Below are positions 38,062 to 42,963 of a stretch of 42,963 bases of DNA, piece by piece. This DNA is from Flavobacteriales bacterium (GTDB lineage Bacteria; Bacteroidota; Bacteroidia; CAIKAF01). The translations under genes were made by a program, and so were the position numbers. Location: positions 1 through 42,963 of the forward strand of contig JAIXKU010000291.1 in the NCBI GenBank assembly GCA_026936045.1. The letters run 5' to 3'. Positions within the stretch are counted from its first letter, which is position 1. Each line of letters begins with the position of its first letter. The notes beneath the pieces are model-generated. The model was not told the DNA's origin and made no database searches. It saw only the letters and a list, made by a program, of their open reading frames with translations.

Positions 38062-38394
38062 TTACTTGCCGTTTTCTTTGGATAAAGCGATGGTGCTTTC
38101 CATTGAAATAGCTGATTTCTCAACTTTGATACGGTTCTTGTCAATCATCTCTAAGATGATGGTGTTATCTTCCATATCCAATATTTTTCCGTGAATACCA
38201 CCTACGGTAACCACCTTGTCGCCTTTAGCTAAAGACTCGCGGTATTTTTTTTGCTCTTTGGTTTTTCGCATTTGAGGGCGAATCATAAAGAAATAGAATA
38301 CAACGAAAATCAGAACCAGTGGAATCATTTGTTCCCATCCGCCTCCTTGTCCGCCTTGTCCGCCGGCCATACCTAAAATAGTTAATAGATTCAT
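38062..38394 (-). CDS. yajC: preprotein translocase subunit YajC
   Basis: 110 aa with a single TM helix followed by FFMIRPQMRKTKEQKKYRESLAKGDKVVTVGGIHGKI, the YajC signature. Confidence 0.85.
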   Translation of the reverse strand: MNLLTILGMAGGQGGQGGGWEQMIPLVLIFVVFYFFMIRPQMRKTKEQKKYRESLAKGDKVVTVGGIHGKILDMEDNTIILEMIDKNRIKVEKSAISMESTIALSKENGK

Positions 38395-38406
38395 TGTTGT
38401 GTTTAT

Positions 38407-38862
38407 TTATTTATCAGAAGGTTTTACATACCCTTTGATGGTTAATGTTGTGATATTGGGCTGTGTATTGGCAGTTAGAGTAACCGTTTTTTCTTGTCTT
38501 TCTTTTTTACCGTTGGTGTCAAATTTTACTCTGATTTCGCCTTCAGATCCCGGCTTAATAGGTGCTTTTGGATATTCAGGAACAGTACATCCGCAACTAC
38601 CTTTTGCATCAAAAATAATCAGGTCATTTTCGCCGGAGTTCTTAAAATGATAAACGTGTTCGATGACTTGGCCCTCTATCGCTTCGCCAAAATCATAAAC
38701 GGTTTCTGTAAACTTTAAACCGGCTACTTTATCAGAAATTTCGCCGTTTGCTGTTTGTGAATTGCTAACCAAATCGGTTGAAACGGTATTGTTTTTACCT
38801 CCACCACAAGAAAGAAGCAATAAAGAGCAAACGCCAGCAGCAATAACATGTATGTTTTTCAT
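38407..38862 (-). CDS. DUF1573-like lipoprotein
   Basis: Lipobox LLLSC. Core FGEAIEGQVIEHVYHFKNSGENDLIIFDAKGSCGCTVPEYPKAPIKPGSEGEIRVKFDT matches the DUF1573 pattern. Confidence 0.75.
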   Translation of the reverse strand: MKNIHVIAAGVCSLLLLSCGGGKNNTVSTDLVSNSQTANGEISDKVAGLKFTETVYDFGEAIEGQVIEHVYHFKNSGENDLIIFDAKGSCGCTVPEYPKAPIKPGSEGEIRVKFDTNGKKERQEKTVTLTANTQPNITTLTIKGYVKPSDK

Positions 38863-38882
38863 TGTTTTGAGATTTATAATTA

Positions 38883-39827
38883 TTAATTATCAATAAGTCC
38901 TCGACCTGTTTTCGTGATTTTATTTTCCTCGCGCAAATCGGCCTCTAATTTATCCAAAATTCCATTAATAAAGATATTACTCTTCATGGTGCTGAACATT
39001 TTTGAGAGTTCAATATACTCGTTAAGAGAGACCTTTACCGGAATAGATGGCATGTATAACAATTCCGTGAGCGCCATTTTCATTAATAACATATCCATCA
39101 TGGCAATACGTTCCATTTCCCAGTTTTGCACTTTCATCTTAATGAGTTCATCAAAGTTATCATTGTGTATAATGGTTTTTCTGAACAAATCATAAGCAAA
39201 CTGCATGTCACCTTCTGCATCATTGAGCAAGCGGGGCAGCTTAAAAGTTTTACCCTCTTCTATAGACTGAATGGTCTTAAGAACAGCTACATTGGCAATA
39301 TAAATGTCATCAGCCCAATGGATGCTCAATTCTTCATAGTAGCTCTCCAAAATTTCATCATTAAAGATAAAGGATTCAAAGCAGTTGATTATGAAATTTT
39401 TGTCATCCTGAAGGGTTGGAGAGGCTTTTTGGAGATAGGCTTTATAGAAATCGGAAAAACGAATCTTTCTGAAAATCTTTTGTGGAATATCCAGCCTCAA
39501 TTGCCAAGATATCTTCTTGCTCTTGAACATCTTTTGTAGCGCTTCGTTGGAAGACAATGTATTTAATATCCGGTTTTGAGTAAAAGAGGTATCCTGTTTT
39601 AAATCATCTTCTGTCGGAAAATATTTATTACGAGCATCTTCTCGTTCTCGATATGACTCATGCAGCAGTTCAATGGCCAAAGCCAACTGTATGAGATATA
39701 AGTCATAGATTTTGTCAATCGAGTGTTTTAGGTTTTCTTCGCCTGTCTTTAAATCGGTATGACCGGATTGCATGAAGCCGTATATGGCTTGCAATACTTT
39801 AATACGAATATGTCTTCGGTTTACCAT
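38883..39827 (-). CDS. nusB: transcription antitermination factor NusB (long Bacteroidota form)
   Basis: N-terminus MVNRRHIRIKVLQAIYGF and C-terminal ERIAMMDMLLMKMALTELLY...INEYIELSK are NusB signatures. 314 aa. Confidence 0.85.
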   Translation of the reverse strand: MVNRRHIRIKVLQAIYGFMQSGHTDLKTGEENLKHSIDKIYDLYLIQLALAIELLHESYREREDARNKYFPTEDDLKQDTSFTQNRILNTLSSNEALQKMFKSKKISWQLRLDIPQKIFRKIRFSDFYKAYLQKASPTLQDDKNFIINCFESFIFNDEILESYYEELSIHWADDIYIANVAVLKTIQSIEEGKTFKLPRLLNDAEGDMQFAYDLFRKTIIHNDNFDELIKMKVQNWEMERIAMMDMLLMKMALTELLYMPSIPVKVSLNEYIELSKMFSTMKSNIFINGILDKLEADLREENKITKTGRGLIDN

Positions 39828-39861
39828 GAATGAAGCCTACATCAGGCAAAAGAACGTTGTT

Positions 39862-40959
39862 TTAGCGTGTTTGATTGATTTTGGCAATAGATTGAATACG
39901 TTTTTGAGCAAATTGCATGGCAGCTTCTTGACTTGTGATGCCTTGCAGAGAAGCACCGTTAAGCACTTCTAAGGTTACATCATAAATAAATTCTGCTTTT
40001 TTCATAGCCGTTTTGGTATCATAACCCGACAATTCACCATACACATTGATAATACCGCCTGAATTAACTAGAAAATCCGGCGCATAAACGATGTTTCTAT
40101 CTATCAGTTGACGACCATGAGTTAGTTCATTCTTAAGCTGATTGTTTGCACAGCCAACAACAATAGGCGCTTTTAATCTGGGTATGGTATCGTCATTCAG
40201 CGTACCGCCTAATGCACATGGTGCGTATATATCCACATCCAAATCATAGATGGCCTCCGGTTCAACTACTTCAACAGAATATTTGGATGTACATTCTTTA
40301 ATGCGATCTTCAAAAATATCGGTTACCCATACTTTGGCGCCTTCCTTTATTAAATGATCAATAATGTATTGGCCAACATGCCCGGTACCTTGAACAGCTA
40401 CACGTTTACCTTTAAGGTTATCACTGCCGGTCTGATTCTTTACGGTAGCCTTCATGCCCATATATACGCCATAGGCCGTAACGGGAGAGGGGTCGCCGGA
40501 ACCACCCATGTATTCCGGTAAGCCGGTTACGTGCGATGTTTCCATGTGGATATATTCCATATCGCGAGTGCTCATGCCCACATCTTCAGCTGTAATATAT
40601 TTGCCGTTTAAACTTTCAACAAATTTTCCAAAACGGCGAAGTAAAGCCTCGTTCTTCTGCTTGCGTGAATCACCGATAATAACAGCTTTGCCGCCACCTA
40701 GATTTAGTCCTGCAATGGCAGATTTAAAGGTCATTCCGCGTGATAACCGCAACACATCTTCCAATGCTTCCGCCTCTGAATTGTAGTGCCACATACGAGT
40801 TCCGCCTAATGCCGGTCCTAATACCGTGTTGTGAATGCTTATGATGGCTTTTAATCCGGTTGACTCGTCCTGGCAGAACACAACTTGCTCATGACCCATT
40901 TGGTTCATATTGGTTAAAATGCCTGCTGTTTCATTAACTGTTTTTGTTGCAGTACTCAT
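39862..40959 (-). CDS. Leu/Phe/Val dehydrogenase family (leucine dehydrogenase-like)
   Basis: 365 aa. Motifs are AIISIHNTVLGPALGGTRMW, GLNLGGGKAVIIGD (catalytic Lys) and a Rossmann motif VAVQGTGHVG. Confidence 0.85.
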   Translation of the reverse strand: MSTATKTVNETAGILTNMNQMGHEQVVFCQDESTGLKAIISIHNTVLGPALGGTRMWHYNSEAEALEDVLRLSRGMTFKSAIAGLNLGGGKAVIIGDSRKQKNEALLRRFGKFVESLNGKYITAEDVGMSTRDMEYIHMETSHVTGLPEYMGGSGDPSPVTAYGVYMGMKATVKNQTGSDNLKGKRVAVQGTGHVGQYIIDHLIKEGAKVWVTDIFEDRIKECTSKYSVEVVEPEAIYDLDVDIYAPCALGGTLNDDTIPRLKAPIVVGCANNQLKNELTHGRQLIDRNIVYAPDFLVNSGGIINVYGELSGYDTKTAMKKAEFIYDVTLEVLNGASLQGITSQEAAMQFAQKRIQSIAKINQTR

Positions 40960-40979
40960 GATTTAAAAGAATTTGTTTG

Positions 40980-41036
40980 TTCTACCTCTTTTTACTCTAT
41001 TTTTGTTATCTTGAAAAGAGGTAGAAACGGGTGCAA
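40980..41036 (-). promoter_or_regulatory. 13-bp perfect inverted repeat at the predicted 5' end of the Leu/Val dehydrogenase mRNA
   Basis: TTCTACCTCTTTT (40980-40992) pairs with AAAAGAGGTAGAA (41024-41036), with a 31-nt spacer. A minus-strand -7 box TATGTTTG lies at 41044-41051, just upstream. Confidence 0.45.
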
Positions 41037-41111
41037 ACATACATATTTTTTTTACGCTTTTGTATTGTTCCTTGTTTTTAAATCTCTTCTCATATTTTTT
41101 AACATGGATGA

Positions 41112-42926
41112 TTGATTTTGAAAGCACTTTGGGCTCTTAATAAATATTTTTTCAGATATAAGTACAGGCTTTTTTTAGGTGTGGTTTTTATTGCCGTGTC
41201 TAATATTTTGGCCATTTATCCGGCTACCGTTATTCGTGAGGCTTTGGATGAAGTAATTGATGGAGTGCAGGTATTATCTCTTTTCTCCGGCTCAGCTTTG
41301 CATAAGGATTTAATGGGTGAATTAGGGAAAATTTTATTCTTATTCTCATTGTTAATCATTGGGATGGCCTTGCTTAAAGGCGTCTTTATGTTTTTGATGA
41401 GGCAGACTATTATTGTGATGTCACGCCTAATTGAATTTGACATGAAGAATGAAATTTTCCATCATTATCAGCAACTCAGTCTTTCTTTTTACAAGCGCCA
41501 TAATACGGGTGATTTAATGAATCGTATCAGCGAGGATGTAAGCAGGGTGCGTATGTATGTAGGTCCGGCCATCATGTACACCATCAATCTTTTTGTGCTT
41601 TTTCTGATGGTAATAACAGCCATGTTGCGTGTTCATCCCAAACTTACATTTTTTGTTCTGCTTCCATTGCCCATTCTCTCTATAGCTGTTTATTTTGTGA
41701 ATAATACCATCTTGCAAAAAAGCGAGAAAGTTCAGGAGCAGCTTTCTACACTGAGCTCGTTTGTTCAGGAAACATTTTCCGGTATTCGCATCCTCAAGGC
41801 CTATACAAGGATTGTGACGATGGGCTTGCGTTTTGCTGAGGATGCGGATGAATATAAAATGCGTAATTTGGATTTGGTTCTATATAATGCCATCTTTTTC
41901 CCGCTTATTATGTTGTTGATTGGTGTGAGCACCATTATTGTGATTCTAATGGGTGGGCATGAAGTGCATAATGGCACGATTTCACCCGGTGTGATTGCCG
42001 AATTTATTATTTATGTCAATATGCTGACCTGGCCTGTGGCTTCAATCGGATGGGTAACAGCTATTATTCAACGAGCAACGGCTTCACAGAAGCGAATTAA
42101 TGAATTTATGCAGATAGAACCGGAGATATATTTTACCGAGCAGGGTTGCCGGGATTTAGATGGGACGCTTTGTTTTCAAAATGTCTCATTTGTCTATCCT
42201 GATACCGGTATTGAAGCGCTCTCTAATATCTCTTTTTGTGTACCTAAAGGGAAAACATTAGGTATAATCGGCCATACGGGTTCGGGCAAAACAACCATTG
42301 CTCAGCTCATTTTACGTTATTATAATCCAACCGGCGGGCAGATAATGATTGATGATAAAGAGATAGCTTCTTTTCATCTCCCTTCTTTTAGGAACCATAT
42401 TGGGTATGTGCCACAGGATGTGTTCTTGTTTTCAGATACTATTGAGAACAATATATTATTTGGACTAGCAGATAGCAAAGACAATGGGAATCTGAACGCC
42501 AAAGTTGTTAAAGCGGCCACAGATGCGTTTGTTCATCATAATATCATGAACTTTACCGAGCAATATCAAACTCGTATTGGAGAAAGAGGTATCACATTGT
42601 CAGGAGGGCAAAAGCAGCGAATTTCCATTGCCCGAGCCATTATTCGCGATCCGCAAATATTAATATTTGATGATTGCCTTTCGGCTGTAGATACCGAAAC
42701 AGAAGAAAAGATATTGCAAAACCTCTTGTCAATCATGCACGGGAAAACATCCATACTCATATCACATAGAATATCTTCACTCAAGTTTGCCGATCATATT
42801 ATCGTTTTGGAACGAGGGAAAATAGCTGAAGAAGGTTCTCACCAAGCATTATTGGCAAAGAAAGGGGTGTATTTTAATCTGTATCAGCAACAGATAAAAG
42901 AAGATCTGATAAACCTCTCTGAATAA
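41112..42926 (+). CDS. ABC transporter, fused permease/ATP-binding exporter (MsbA/multidrug type)
   Basis: 604 aa. N-terminal six-TM domain, Walker A GHTGSGKTT, signature LSGGQKQRISIARA, Walker B ILIFDD. TTG start per the ORF track; the nearby upstream ATG at 41104 is out of frame and stops after 3 codons. Confidence 0.85.
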   Translation: MILKALWALNKYFFRYKYRLFLGVVFIAVSNILAIYPATVIREALDEVIDGVQVLSLFSGSALHKDLMGELGKILFLFSLLIIGMALLKGVFMFLMRQTIIVMSRLIEFDMKNEIFHHYQQLSLSFYKRHNTGDLMNRISEDVSRVRMYVGPAIMYTINLFVLFLMVITAMLRVHPKLTFFVLLPLPILSIAVYFVNNTILQKSEKVQEQLSTLSSFVQETFSGIRILKAYTRIVTMGLRFAEDADEYKMRNLDLVLYNAIFFPLIMLLIGVSTIIVILMGGHEVHNGTISPGVIAEFIIYVNMLTWPVASIGWVTAIIQRATASQKRINEFMQIEPEIYFTEQGCRDLDGTLCFQNVSFVYPDTGIEALSNISFCVPKGKTLGIIGHTGSGKTTIAQLILRYYNPTGGQIMIDDKEIASFHLPSFRNHIGYVPQDVFLFSDTIENNILFGLADSKDNGNLNAKVVKAATDAFVHHNIMNFTEQYQTRIGERGITLSGGQKQRISIARAIIRDPQILIFDDCLSAVDTETEEKILQNLLSIMHGKTSILISHRISSLKFADHIIVLERGKIAEEGSHQALLAKKGVYFNLYQQQIKEDLINLSE

Positions 42927-42963
42927 TTTTTATTGATAGACGTATATTGGATATCTATTTTAT

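Noticed and set aside
38338-38370. GC-rich short tandem repeat (CCGCCTCCTTGTCCGCCTTGTCCGCCGGC).
   Set aside because: It encodes the glycine-rich GGQGGQGGG segment at the YajC N-terminus, in frame, so it is a coding low-complexity stretch rather than a structural repeat.
1-42963. Searched by eye for CRISPR repeats, tRNA/rRNA genes, transposases, integrases, reverse transcriptases and typical defence-system ATPase/nuclease pairs.
   Set aside because: I found no regularly spaced direct repeats, no tRNA T-loop/acceptor patterns, and no DDE, tyrosine- or serine-recombinase or YxDD motifs in any ORF. The only helicase-nuclease pair is the housekeeping AddAB type.

Overview
This is an AT-rich, densely packed chromosomal segment that looks like Bacteroidota core genome. 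Supporting signs: TAnnTTTG-type -7 promoter boxes directly upstream of several genes, DUF1573- and DUF2911-like proteins, a TonB-dependent receptor with a CarboxypepD_reg-like N-terminus, an unusually long NusB, and the gene order nusB, DUF1573, yajC, ybbR-like, coaE. All family names come from motif recognition by eye; no searches were run. I support about 40 protein-coding genes. I saw no rRNA, tRNA, CRISPR array, transposase or intact integrase. Housekeeping blocks are: sixA-like/rsmA/mgtE; an addA/addB-type helicase-nuclease pair; ALDH-pabB-tilS; thrS-infC-rpmI-rplT; proline dehydrogenase plus korAB; a long minus-strand block (Leu/Val dehydrogenase, nusB, DUF1573, yajC, ybbR-like, coaE, SIS, agmatinase-family, deoxyhypusine-synthase-like); and an MsbA-type ABC exporter. 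I do not see a convincing complete new system such as a defence island. The observations most worth a second look are: (1) korA is broken by a tight cluster of same-direction single-base deletions at its gamma/alpha domain junction, while korB is intact; (2) a three-gene cluster of secreted proteins of unknown function at 16.0-18.8 kb, the first two looking like tandem paralogs; (3) a small accessory islet at 26.2-28.9 kb, next to a GC-rich orphan non-coding segment with a perfect 12-bp inverted repeat; (4) a tightly coupled agmatinase-family / deoxyhypusine-synthase-like pair; (5) an orphan LuxR-type regulator whose receiver domain lacks key phospho-acceptor-pocket residues; (6) a probable cytochrome c gene remnant; (7) infC starting at AUU behind a strong AAGGAGG.
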